In this document: in pieces, positions 38,461 to 61,772 of the stretch
Layout of the letters: each line of letters begins with the position of its first letter
How positions within the stretch are numbered: the stretch's first letter is position 1
Assembly: GCA_002269645.1 (NCBI GenBank)
Contig: NIVC01000163.1
Span: 529,136-593,135 of the forward strand
Source: Macrostomum lignano
Lineage: Eukaryota
Direction: 5' to 3'
DNA: 64,000 nucleotides
Position numbers and translations under genes: made by a program
Notes under the pieces: model-generated
The model's input: only the letters and a program-made list of their open reading frames with translations
The model's database searches: none
What the model was told of the DNA's origin: nothing

Positions 38461-39147
38461 GGGTCTGGGATGGAGCGCTGCGTTTTCAACACTATATATC
38501 AAGCTACAGGGATAAATAAATTAATAAAAAACTATACATCTTTCAAAATAGAGTGCAACAGGCTGCACTCGCGTTCATTATTTATTTCTGATTGCATATA
38601 TAATTATAGCACATCAGAATTACTATGTAATTAGCTATAATTATTCGATTATCGCTAATTCATCGGGACACTAAAATAGCATTAGAACACAGGTGAAAGC
38701 TAAATAATTTAGCAAGCAAATAAAATGTCCTGTAATTATGAACTTATTAAATAGAAGACAGAAAGGAAACACAACTGGCCAACAAAACACACGCGCGAAA
38801 AAGGGCAAAAAGCGAGGCAAAAAATAACCAGAAAAAAGTCAACGGTAAAGTGCTACACACGGATGTGCTCGCTACAAGTCTTCCTCTGCGATTGTGTGAA
38901 CAAAGCAATAAATATTGAATTATTGTAATGCAACAGGCACAAAAGCTGCAACGCTATTTTATTAATTCAACTTTTCTAAGCAGTCTGTAATAGAAGCACT
39001 TTTGTCTGCTTCTGCGGAGCCAATTTTGGTCGGAATCATCCATTGAGGCGCCCTATCATCTCAACAGTGAAAAAGAAGCAGCCGAAACCCACCAACTTGA
39101 ATTCTGACAGTTATGCTTTCTCAGCTAGTTCCCAATATTCCAGTGCA

Positions 39148-39625
39148 CAACTGGGGATCTGGGAGGCTGGCAGCAACTGAGGAGCTGGGAGGCTGGCCCA
39201 GCAACTGGGGATCTGGGAGGCTGGCCCAGCAACTGAGGATCTGGGAGGCTGGCCCAGCAACTGAGGATCTGGGAGGCTGGCCCAGCAACTGGGATCTGGG
39301 AGGCTAGCCCAGAAACTGAGGATCTGGGAGGCTGGCCCAGCAACTGGGGGTCTGGGAGGCTGGCCCAGCAACTGAGGATCTGGGAGGCTAGCCCAGAAAC
39401 TGAGGATCTGGGAGGCTGGCCCAGCAACTGGGGATCTGGGAGGCTGGCCCAGCAACTGAGGATCTGGGAGGCTGGCCCAGCAACTGAGGATCTGGGAGGC
39501 TGGCCCAGCAACTGGGGATCTGGGAGGCTGGAAGTCCAGCAACTGAGGATCTGGGGTGCTGGCCCAGCAACTGGGGATCTGGGAGGCTGGAAGTCCAGCA
39601 ACTGAGGATCTGGGATGCTGGCCCA
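39148..39625. repeat. 28-bp minisatellite, sister of the 38058 array (TGGGAGGCTGGCCCAGCAACTGAGGATC)
   Basis: Visible. Confidence 0.95.
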
Positions 39626-40222
39626 GTGGGCAGCGGATTGAGCTGCATCCTGCATTCCTGGCTGATGGTTGCTTCTTTTTCTGGAAGAATTGCTGATTTC
39701 GGCCAGAATTGCACAGAAAAGCGGTAGACTTTTTTGGCGGGCATATAATGTTATTAAACTAAATAGCAAAGCAAAATAAATTAATCATACAGTAAAATGT
39801 TTGATTGTGCTGTTATTAAGCAACTGCATTCTGCTTAGACCTGCATCCTTTTGCTGCTCAATTTTAGTAATATATTTTATGCCTACCATTATAATACTAA
39901 TAATATTCGAATTATAACAATAACTTGAGCAGCGATATGATTTGTTTTAATTTTAACAGTAGTAATAAAGTTTCCTTATAGCATTAGAAATATCAAGTCA
40001 TATAAATTGAATTTAGGTAACTCAAAAACTCAAAAGACGGGTAAAATAGGAAAGAAATGATCCTCTAAAACGACGAAATGACGTCAAATAATCGCCTAAG
40101 AGTCAATTTGAGGCGTTTTATTATCTGCGATCCCAAGGCCTATAATTATAAACCAAAAACTTTATGTACTATTAACGTCTAATTAAGGACTTGATATTTC
40201 TTAATATAAATAAATTAAGCTG

Positions 40223-40527
40223 CTAGTTGTCGCGACTTTCCTAGTCATTTCTTAGTTCACCTTCACTTGTCTCTGTTTACTGTTTTCTCTCTCTCTCTGT
40301 GTCTAGCTCAATCTTGTTATTCTTATCTCTCTCTCCCTTGCTGCCTTCTGATTGGTTCTCCATTCTCGCCTCTCTATTTAGTCGTGCACTCCACCTCTCT
40401 CTTTATTATCTGCAATTCAAACCCCCTAAGTTAATGTCTGGAGCTAGACACAGAGAGAGAGAGAAAACAGCAAACAGAGACAAGTGAAGGTGAACTAAAG
40501 AAATGACTAGGAAAGTCGCGACACTAG
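40223..40527. mobile_element. MITE-like inverted repeat (two arms of about 87 bp, spacer about 130 bp)
   Basis: 40223-40309 is the near-perfect reverse complement of 40441-40527; CTAG at both outer ends. Confidence 0.8.
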
Positions 40528-40703
40528 TAGAGTTAATAAAGTATAAATTAGTTGTCTTTCAAATACATGTACTATTTAAACGACACACACACAGCCAGCA
40601 GTAAATATCCACACACAGGTGACACCAAAGCAAATGCTATGCTAATTCTTGATAACAATTTAGCAACCCGCAACCTAATCAATGAATTGTATAATTCACA
40701 GTT

Positions 40704-51512
<10,809 letters not shown>

Positions 51513-52607
51513 GACTGCTTCAGCTTAGACAGAGAGTTGATAATAGTGCTTCTGAGAAACTGCAACAACAGCATCAAATGTGAAAGGAAGCAGGGCACCA
51601 AGCAGTTAACCTTTTGTGCTCCAGTTTGTAAACTGACTGTATGAGTACAGATGTGAGACTACACTAATTTAAGAAAACTCAAATCTAAATTTATATATTA
51701 AAATACATTTACATTTATTAAAATAATAACATTCTAGTTTATTAGCCCTAAACTAGCATTTGGGACTTGAAACAAAGAAGTTTATTTTGCATTTTCTATT
51801 TTTATTTTGCCTGAATTTAATAATTTCTTTAATAACTTCTTGTTTTTATATTGTTTTTTATATCTAAAAAATGCTAAAAACGTTAAGTCAGGCCTAATAA
51901 ATAATAACAGAAATGAGTTTATTCATAGGAAGCTTACAAAATGATACATGATAATGATGATACAAAATGATTACAAAAAGCTTACATATTTTATATAGAT
52001 AGGCATAATTGCCCAACACCTGTCCAACCCATCCAAACTAGACAGGTGAAATGGCCACTAGCCAAGATAAGTTGCAAAATCGAAAGATTGGGGGAAGAAA
52101 GAAAGGAGAGGAAGAGAAAAGGAAAAGAAAGGAGGGAGAAGAGAGAAAGGAGAAGAAAAGAGAACAAGGCAAGAAAAGTCATATACAAAGTGAAAATTAG
52201 GTTGCAATTGGGAAAAACTAAGTCAAAAATTTGGACAAAACTAAGTCACACTAGATGGGTAAAATTTTGAGGTTGGGCATGTATATAAAAAGGCCTAAAA
52301 AGCAAACATCTTGACCCAACTACTTTGGGTCTTGTCTGATAAGTAATAATCGGGTTTATGCCAAGAAACCCTAAAGCAAAATTATTGCAACTTTTGGCAT
52401 ATGGCAGGAATAATTATGACTGTCTTATTAGGGCAAAATGCCTTGTCATCTACTTAGTACTACTTAGGTATTTATTTGGGTGTGCATTTTTACAACTTAC
52501 CTTGGTTGGCTGCCAAATTGGTCAGCCGAATTAGCTAACTTGGCCAACTGTTGCGCATGTATGTTTAGCCCTAAGCTTAGCCACCTAGATGTCAATGACA
52601 ATGCCTA

Positions 52608-53174
52608 GCTCCATAGTCAGGAAGGTGGCCTCTGAGGGGGAAAATTCCCGCGCACACAAAGGGTCTTGGCGCACATTGGCGCACAAGCGCGGCGCACACA
52701 AGGGGTCCTTGGCACACTTGGGGCACAATCATGGCGCACACTAAGGTCCCTAGCGCATGCGGCGCATAATTGTGGCACATAAGGTCCGTGACATGCATGA
52801 AAATTGTAATGCAAATTAACAATTTTATGTAAAATAAAGGAGATTTGTATAGTCTAGAAAGTCAATGATAAACTTTTTGCTTCTTTAAAATTAACAGTAA
52901 ATAAAATTAGTATAAATTATCGCTAAAAATGTCAATTTTGCATTACTCTATTTGTAGGTATAATTTAAGTTTGTTTAAAATGAAAATATATATAACATTT
53001 TAAAAAGGCTTTTTGTACAAAGGCCTTTCTTAGAAAACTCTATTCGTGAAGAGTGGCACACAGACGGCGCATAGACAATGCACAAATGGCACATAGACGG
53101 CGCATAGACGGCGCACAAATTGTCCCAAAAAAATTATTCTGGCGCACACTATGCCACCTTTTTGACTATGGGCC
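52608..53174. mobile_element. MITE-like element with imperfect TIRs of about 20 bp
   Basis: Left end GCTCCATAGTCAGGAAGGTGGC versus reverse complement of the right end GGCCCATAGTCAAAAAGGTGGC. CTAG context at both ends; internal GGCGCAC repeats. Confidence 0.6.
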
Positions 53175-55788
53175 TAGCCTAGATTATAATTAGTCTTTAT
53201 TCATATTATATTTATATGTAGAGATTAACTTGACAAAAAATTAACAAAGGGTTTTGAGCAAAAAGGCACACTTCATTGACAATTCTAGGTTTTTTAAGGT
53301 TAGAAAGCTAGAACTTTGCCAGCTGCTGGCCCTTGGCCTTGAGTTGGGGCTCAAAATCTAGTTGCCAATGGCTATTTTCAGTTTCCCATTGGCAACTAGC
53401 CAAATTCTTGAGAATGAATAGGCCTCTATTTCCAAGGCTACATTTGAAAAGCAGAAATTAGTTCTCTCAACTTGAGTCTAAGATTGCTATCTATCTATGC
53501 TGCAAACAAAAACAAACTAACAATTCCAATTTCCAATCCATCATATCAATTTTATATGGCACTTTTTTTTACACTTACAAAATCAGTTTTTTTAATTGGT
53601 AACTGGCACAGAGAAAGTGAAATTGCTAGATTGGCCTCTGATGCCTAAAATCCAGTTGCCAATGAAATTTTCAAGGGGCCAAAAACCCCATATGGCCCAA
53701 AAAACTAGATTGACATTGGGAAAGCTGTTAAGAATTTAAGCCAGCATATAAATTTAAAAACGTTTTTAAAAACCTAAACAATAAGCAGAACAGTGAAGTG
53801 AATTACTTTAGAAGTACACTGGTTGGTGCTTGCACACCCAACCCACGTGTACAAACAAATTTTTAAAAATTGAGTTGTCACATTTAGTGTATGTAGTAGT
53901 AGAATTTACGTAATGTTACATCACTAAAATTTAAAATCCTAGATTCGCTCACAAACATGCTAAAACTAATCAACCACAGCAAAAGTGGGGCCTAGTAACA
54001 GACACAGCACTTTCACTATCTTAGTGTTGTGTTTGGTCATTTTAAATAAGAACTTACAAAAATGTGGGTAAATTTAAACGCGAAGTGTTTTGAACAAGCT
54101 AAAAAGTTTAAAAGTATTAACAAAAGTTAAACACAATATAAGAAAATATAGGCAACAAATTCTTTTTTTAAACAGATTTTAAACTAAATTTAGTTTATAT
54201 AAATTACTAGTACTTAAAATATATATATATAAAATGACTAGACTATTGATTGATTATTGATTAAACCAATAAAATTTATAGCATATTATACATAAAGCAC
54301 TAGTTAATGAAGACAAAGTCTTGTCGCCCCAGTGAGCTTTGGGGTTGGAATTTTATAATACCTAGTGTTGTATCGATTATTTAAAAACTTCCAAGGCATT
54401 ATTAACGCTGATGCTCCTAATATTTTGTGTCGTGTCATACATAAAGTTAGCCTAATAGATAAAGTAGGGGGAGAGTCATTGTAAGATGTCTCTAACGTCG
54501 AATGATTTTTAGGAAGTGAATAGGGATGTCGATTCCCCAGGGAATTATCTTATCGGGGACCCCGGGGAATTTACTGTCATTCCCTGGGGACCCCTGGGGC
54601 CCCGGGGAAAAGAAAAGATAAGTAAAAACGGCGGATAACTTAGATTCGTAAGTGGAATTTTTTAAACTTTGATTTAAGCTTTGTACTACATGTTCAAGGC
54701 GCAAGGGTAAAAACAATGTTTTTTAAAACTGTATTTGACAACGTGGCATCACGAAATCGTGCGCGCACCTTTGTCAGAAAGAGTCCAGACTCCGGAGGCG
54801 GAAAATACAGTTATAAATCACCATTTTGTTCTTGTCCAATTGGGAGTATATGTATGACACCCCCCATGCGTCAGTGACTGACGCAGGACGCAGCGCTGCG
54901 CCTGCGTCGTCAAATGCGTCAAGCCGTCAACGCAGACCAACTCAGTAGTCAGTGAGGCTTCTTTTTCCTGACGGGTTTCTACGTGCAATTTCCTTGATTG
55001 AAAGACTGGTAGTGAAAAACGTTTAAACGTGTGTTGTGTTTGAAATACATGTAAAACATTGAAATTAAGCAGTTATGCGGTAAAATAGCATAGACAGAGT
55101 TTCAATCAGCTGTCTGTGAATCATTTTCTTATTTTAACGGCAAAAATTAAGTTACAAATACATTTTTTAATACTTTTTTCTCCCCAGGGTCCCCGGTCCA
55201 ATTCCCCGGGGAGTATTCCCCGACAAGCTCCCCCGGCGTGTGCATTGGTTTCAGTGCAAAATTCCTACCATTTCCCGGTTAATTAGCCCCGGAAGTAACA
55301 AAAGTGTCACAAGTAAACAAGTTTTTTATCAATAATTTTTTACCCAATGAACCGAATCTCCAGAAATTGCACACTGTAAATATGCCGATCGTTATGTGGG
55401 AAATCAGCCGTCATAAAAATAATGCCGTCCCATTGCGTATTTTTGCCTGATTTCAAGCAAAACATTTAAAAATCACTACTCTGATCGATTTCCAATCACT
55501 TTTGACACATGAGCACTTGGAGCAGACTTTTAACAACTTAGTCAATTTTAGCCAGACATTAGTACAACTCGTTGCGGTATCCGCCTTTGATCTAGCATTC
55601 TTTTAAAATTTTATTCATTCATTTTTCGGGCACCCAATCAGCCAAAAAATCACTAATTATCGATTTCTGATCGATTTTTCAACCCGAAAGCAGCGAAATC
55701 AGACGGCGGCAATTTAAAACCAATATAGTACAGCAACTATGCTATAGAAATTCGAGGTCGGATTATTCGCACCATGTTCTCAAAATTA

Positions 55789-56829
55789 CGAGGGGTGTCC
55801 CAAAAGTTCCCGGAATGTCTAACGTAGCTCTTCAACGGAGCCATGATGTTTCACGCCCTTGGTGTCAAATGAAAGGAAGTTTTGTCACGAAGAAAATGAA
55901 GTTAAAAGCATGTTGATATCTGTTTTTATTCAGGAGCTGCAGCAAGAAACGTGCGCAGGGGTCAGGGGTACTGTTACACAACCTCAAAAATCTATGGCAA
56001 TGATTTTAAACAATAAAACACAGAACATTTCATACCGTTGATGAATCCTTGGGACATGCACCGATTCAAAATTCAAAGCGAATCGTCAAGCTCAGCCTGC
56101 GGCTTCTCCACGTAGTCCCCATTCAGCTGAATACACCTCTGCCACTTTGAAAGCATGCCGTCGATGGCCTGGGCAAAAACAGTTCGAGGCATTTCATGAT
56201 GCAGGATGACGCGACGAGTGAAGCCTTCAAGTTCACTGCGGTTCTGGAACACCGGCTACGAATTTTCTGGACCGTCTCTAAAGCGTTCGATCCATTCGTA
56301 AATGGCAGTTTTTTCAGGCTTTTCTTACCATGGATGGAGAATAAGTGGTCAGAAATCTTGGCCCCACTCCATCCTACTGACCAAAGGACAAAAACTTGAC
56401 TTCGCTGACTTTCGAGGCTCTGAAGAGAACCCAATTTGGCAAAGAGATTTCAAGTTGAAAGCAAGCACTTGGTAAGAATTATCTGCACTCGCGCAAAAGC
56501 TCAGATTAGCTTAATGAGAATTTCTGTTTTTTTCCATAGACACTACCACGTCTTTCTGAGACGTTAGTATAGCACGAATTCAAAATGAAAATATCCAAAA
56601 ACGAAGATGAAAAATTATTTTCAGTGATATGTGAGGTTGTGTAACAGTACCCCTGACCTTTGCGCACGTTTCTTGCTGCAGCTCCTGAATAAAAACAGAT
56701 ATCAACATGCTTTTAACTTCATTTTCTTCGTGACAAAACTTCCTTTCACTTGACACCAAGGGCGTGAAACATCATGGCTCCGTTGAAGAGCTACGTTAGA
56801 CATTCCGGGAACTTTTGGGACACCCCTCG
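55789..56829 (-). mobile_element. Mariner deletion derivative with 198-bp TIRs
   Basis: TIRs at 55789-55986 and 56632-56829 (CGAGGGGTGTCCCAAAAGTT...), TA flanks. Inside, a transposase N-terminal HTH (..AIYEWIERFRDG) is joined to the C-terminus (KWQRCIQLNGDYVEK) and the catalytic core is absent. Confidence 0.93.
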
Positions 56830-57412
56830 TACAATGAGCAATAATGCGAAACTCACGTGATTTTTTGAAAAATCGATTCTTATCGATTTTCTCAGCACTA
56901 CAGAATCGTGAAAACAGAACTTTAGACACTTGTAGATTTTTGCATTGCGCATCTAACTGCACTGCTTTGAAGCGCAACAGTTTCGTAAGAAAAAGTGGCG
57001 AAATAATAAAATGAGGGTAATTTTTCTACCAAAAAGACCCACCAAAACTGAAATAAATCAAAGCGCCTTATACCATTTTGCAGGAAATTTAGTTTGACAA
57101 CTTTGATCATCAGATGTCGAAGCCGTATCTCGTAAAGTGTACGATCAAGCTTTGAGATCTCCCCCAGAAGCAATTTTGAAAAAAATCGTCTTTCCAGTTA
57201 ATTTGCGGCTCAGTTAAAAATCTTTGCACTTGAAAGTATATTCATTCGATAGATCTTAAAGTGTTCTATCGATCGACACCTCACTCAACTCAATCGGTGG
57301 TGCAGTGGTTGCAGAACGGGAGCATTTTTTGGCGAAAAAACGTGAAATTTCAAAATGCATGGGAGTGTCGGCCATGTCGGCCCATAAATGAATATGCCAT
57401 AAATTTTATTGG

Positions 57413-59635
57413 TGATGTAACCACGCTCTGGTCGTGGGATAGGGCAGGGGAACTTTTTCGAAAGTGCCTCCTATCGCCGTGCACCCCCTGCACAGAGCTG
57501 TTGAGACTCGGCCAGGTCTTCGACCCCCCAGGCCTGGAGACTCCCGCTCTGCTGCAACCCCCCCCCTGCTGCCTTGGCTCCGTCTCCCCTGCCGCCACAC
57601 TTGCCTTTCCGGAGCTCCCCCTCCCTCTTTGTACCTCCCCCTCTACCCTATCTCCTCTGCGCTCCACCCTATTCTTCATGTACTTTTCCTGTCTCCCCTC
57701 TTTTTGCCCCTTTTCGCACTATTTTCCTGCGCTGTCCCCCTTTCTCTGCGTCTACTTACAGTATTTTGCGCTCACCGCCCCCATCCCTTCTCAAACTCCC
57801 AAACGGTGACGCAAGTCGTGTGACCCCTTCTTCCCTTCGATGACTCATCGATGACTCATCCCCCCTCTCTTGCGCAACCTTTTCTTATGCTATTGTTCTC
57901 CTCCCCAAATTTCTCATGCGACACCCACCCCACCTCCGCTTCTATTGTTCTCGTTTTTGATTCTTTTGTTCTCTTTACCCCCACCAATTATCACATTTTC
58001 TCCGATTTTCTCTCTCTATTGTTCTCGTTTTCGCACCTAATTATCAACTTTTTCCCAATGTCTGTTTTTCTATTGTTCTCGATTCTCCCCAATTATCCCC
58101 GATTTCCAATTCCTTTGTTCTCGACCCCAGCCCCATTGTTTCTCAATGTTTGCTTGCGCAACACTTTTTCGACCTCCCGCTGCGCCAATAATCCCCCACC
58201 CCACCTCCGGATTGCGCAATTCTCCCATTTCTCATGTTGCTATGCCGTTCTCATGCTTCTCATCATGAGTCATTCTGACGTCATTCTGCCGGCAGCCAAT
58301 CAGAGAGAGGGAGTCATGGAAACGACCTTGGCGGCTGGGAAGGCTATATAAGGAAGCGGTTTTCGGCATGAGAATCCTCAACTTTTGCCCACCTTCGGGC
58401 TCCTAGTCTTTCTTTAGACTTGCCGTCAGACTGAGTTCTGACCCATTCGTCTATAAGACGAATCCCTGCCGGTCCGCGGTCTGTTACCGCCAAGTTTTCT
58501 TCAGCTCCCCAAGTGAGCTCGCCTATTGGCCAGCGGTCTGACACCGCCCAGCATCATCAGCTTCGCCTGATCTACACCAGCGCCTCGTCGCTTCAGCGCA
58601 TCGCCGCTTCACTGTCCGCCTGACTGCAGCCTACAGCCGCCCTCGGTCACTCCGTCTCTCTCTCTCTCTCTCTCTCTGTGCAGCTGCCGGTAAGTTCCTG
58701 TTACTGATTTGTGCTCTAATTGCCTTTGCTTATCCGGAGTTTGCCTATTTGTCCATTGTCTGATTAGAGAGCTGAGCCAGTTGTGATACCGTACCTTTTG
58801 CTGTATTTTTACTCAATAGTGAAGCCGCCTAATTGCCTGATTATTTGCCTAAGGGCCTAATTATTAACTATTAACTAACCTCATCATTATTCACTCTTTC
58901 ACCATCATTTCACTCATGGCTTGCTAAGCCTTTCTCCCGGGGTGGCAAAGCATAGGGAAGTTTGGGCAAGCTAATGGCCTCTCCCGTGCAAAGCTCGCCT
59001 GTGAGTGCGTGCTGCGGGGCCGTGTGTGCGTGCAGTAGAGGGATTAGCGAGTCTTGGCACAGAATGGCAGTAGGAAGGTTGCAACCCCATGCTGACGCGT
59101 CCCTTCGCCCTGAGCAATCTAAACTATAGACAGTACATGTTCGCCTCATACTACTCTTAGTAATCAAAGTCGCAAGTCAGCCTCGCTCACAGCCACAAAG
59201 GATCCCCTGCTGAGAAATCCTCCAGATTGAGCCAGAGTTCCCGATCATGCCCCAAGCAGAGTCCCTGTACTCGGCTGCATGTGTCTCCCCTGTTAGCCTA
59301 AATCTCCTGGTAACCATCCCAGACGGGGCTCTAGCCTCGAGAGGTCTGGTAGTAAGATCCAGGTGCGCCAGGTCACATAGAGTGGTGGCAGCCACTCGGT
59401 CATACCATGACCGAGTGACCAACTATTGCACCTTGGCTACAGGTGGGGTCCATGTGGGTCCTTGGCCCTCTGGTCACAAAGCGCTACCAAAGCTATCAAT
59501 CATGTGGGCGGGACAGTCTGGTGCTGGAGGTCCATCAGGTCATTGCCCGGTCATAGGCAGCCTACGGTCATTGCCCCCTCTAGTCATGTGTTCGTCTCTC
59601 AACGGAGCCGACAGGCGACAAGGGCGGTTACATCA
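57413..59635 (+). mobile_element. Long solo LTR (2223 bp)
   Basis: Begins TGATGTAACC and ends GGTTACATCA (perfect 10-bp inverted termini, TG..CA). TTGG is duplicated at 57409-57412 and 59636-59639. Internal CCAAT and TATA boxes. Confidence 0.82.
57805..58352 (+). promoter_or_regulatory. Pol II promoter/enhancer motif cluster within the LTR (U3-like)
   Basis: TGACTCA at 57841 and 57852, TGAGTCA at 58266, TTGCGCAA at 57870, 58154 and 58212, TGACGCAA at 57807, TGACGTCA at 58276, CCAATCA at 58296, TATATAAG at 58345, and about four CTATTGTTCTC. Confidence 0.7.
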
Positions 59636-60879
59636 TTGGTTTAATCAATTCATTAGGCTTTAGACAGAATCATATATTCATGTACAATGCCACTCCCAGG
59701 CCGGTCGAAAAAAGGTTTTAAAAAGACAGACAATTCCTATAAATATGTTTCATGGCATATTAAGCAAAAATCGCCAAAACAAGGAAAATATGCCAGAAAA
59801 AATCGGCCCTTAGCGAGGGGGCCGTCATGGGCCCCCTTGCCCCTCCCTTGTAGCTGGATCCGCCACCGCCACACTGCTACGTACTATCATCTTTTCATTT
59901 TGCAAATTTTTATAACAATAATTCATTTTTTTCACTTTTCACTCTTTATAACCTTCTGGTTTTATCTAAACAACATGACACTAATCAATATATATACTCT
60001 GTTGTTATTCAATCACTTATAAGGCCGGTCTAAATTGAAGCTTTCAGATCGATCACCTGCACCAGTAGTAATTGCCGAATGTACAATTGGTTATTTTAAT
60101 ATAGCTACACCATACACGTACGAGCGTACACAGCTCGTACACCTCGTTAAGAAATTATGCGGTTGCATGTACTGTGCATCTGTATATATTACATGTAATT
60201 AATAGCTCTCCACTTGCATGCATGTAATTCATATACCAGCTCATGTAACAGCTGGTAAGCCTGGACTCTAAACATTTAAAGACATACATATATCATTCAT
60301 ATATGTACATGAGTATACATTGTATACATGCATATAAGTACGATGGCTCAGTACGATAAGTACGATTTGGCGCTCGTATACTTGGATGGCGAATGTCGAA
60401 TGAGTTTTGTGTGTTGTAGGATTCATGAGCAACAAATTTCAGCTACAAAACAGGGGTATGAGCTAGTTAGCAAAATGACTTCTTAATTAATAGACTCCTG
60501 AGACAAACGAGCTGGGTTTCTCAGGGCCTTAACAAAGCAATCTATAATTATTCTGAGGGAACAAATTCAACAGCTCATAGATGTAAAGAATCGCTGCAGA
60601 ATTTGAAATGGGCGTGGGCGACCGCACACATAGAAACAGTTGCCATAGGATGGAGAAGGCAGGGTGTGAGTACGACTTTCTATCAGCATGCAGCTTTGAA
60701 TAAGAAATTAAGTACAAGACCGCGCCTCTATTCAAATTAATACATCAGTTGATTACAGGGATCGTCACCTCGGAGTTTATAATTTGGTGAGAATTGAAGG
60801 GAACAACAAAACCAACAATCCAAAAAGAAAATTCTCTATAATATTTTGATAATCGGTGTTGTTAATACTCATTTTGGCG

Positions 60880-61772
60880 CCTCAGGCCCGACTACAGCAT
60901 CAAATAGTCATTTTGACGCCGCAGGCCAGACTACAGCATCAAATAGTCATTTTGACGCCTCAGGCCCGACTACAGCATCAAATAGTCATTTTGACGCCTC
61001 AGGCCCGACTACAGCATCAAATAGTCATTTTGACGCCTCAGGCCCGACTACAGCATCAAATAGTCATTTTGACGCCTCAGGCCCGACTACAGCATCAAAT
61101 AGTCATTTTGACGCCTCAGGCCCGACTACAGCATCAAATAGTCATTTTGACGCCTCAGGCCCGACTACAGCATCAAATAGTCATTTTGACGCCGCAGGCC
61201 AGACTACAGCATCAAATAGTCATTTTGACGCCTCAGGCCCGACTACAGCATCAAATAGTCATTTTGACGCCTCAGGCCCGACTACAGCATCAAATAGTCA
61301 TTTTGACGCCTCAGGCCCGACTACAGCATCAAATAGTCATTTTGACGCCTCAGGCCCGACTACAGCATCAAATAGTCATTTTGACGCCTCAGGCCCGACT
61401 ACAGCATCAAATAGTCATTTTGACGCCTCAGGCCCGACTACAGCATCAAATAGTCATTTTGACGCCGCAGGCCAGACTACAGCATCAAATAGTCATTTTG
61501 ACGCCTCAGGCCCGACTACAGCATCAAATAGTCATTTTGACGCCTCAGGCCCGACTACAGCATCAAATAGTCATTTTGACGCCTCAGGCCCGACTACAGC
61601 ATCAAATAGTCATTTTGACGCCTCAGGCCCGACTACAGCATCAAATAGTCATTTTGACACCTCAGGCCCGACTACAGCATCAAATAGTCATTTTGACGCC
61701 TCAGGCCCGACTACAGCATCAAATAGTCATTTTGACACCTCAGGCCCGACTACAGCATCAAATAGTCATTTT
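60880..61772. repeat. Highly homogeneous 39-bp minisatellite, about 23 copies
   Basis: Unit TTTGACGCCTCAGGCCCGACTACAGCATCAAATAGTCAT. Confidence 0.97.

Noticed and set aside
52501-52560. Upstream coding exon giving AlaRS a mitochondrial presequence
   Set aside because: It has a good donor (GTAAGT) and an in-frame ATG, but a TAG at codon 8. At most a non-coding 5' exon.
58910-59663. Short ORFs inside the 2.2-kb element as a protein-coding gene
   Set aside because: No recognisable motifs on either strand; explained as LTR sequence.
59850-59870. GGATCCGCCAC transposon-like terminus
   Set aside because: The matching left end was not found in the window.
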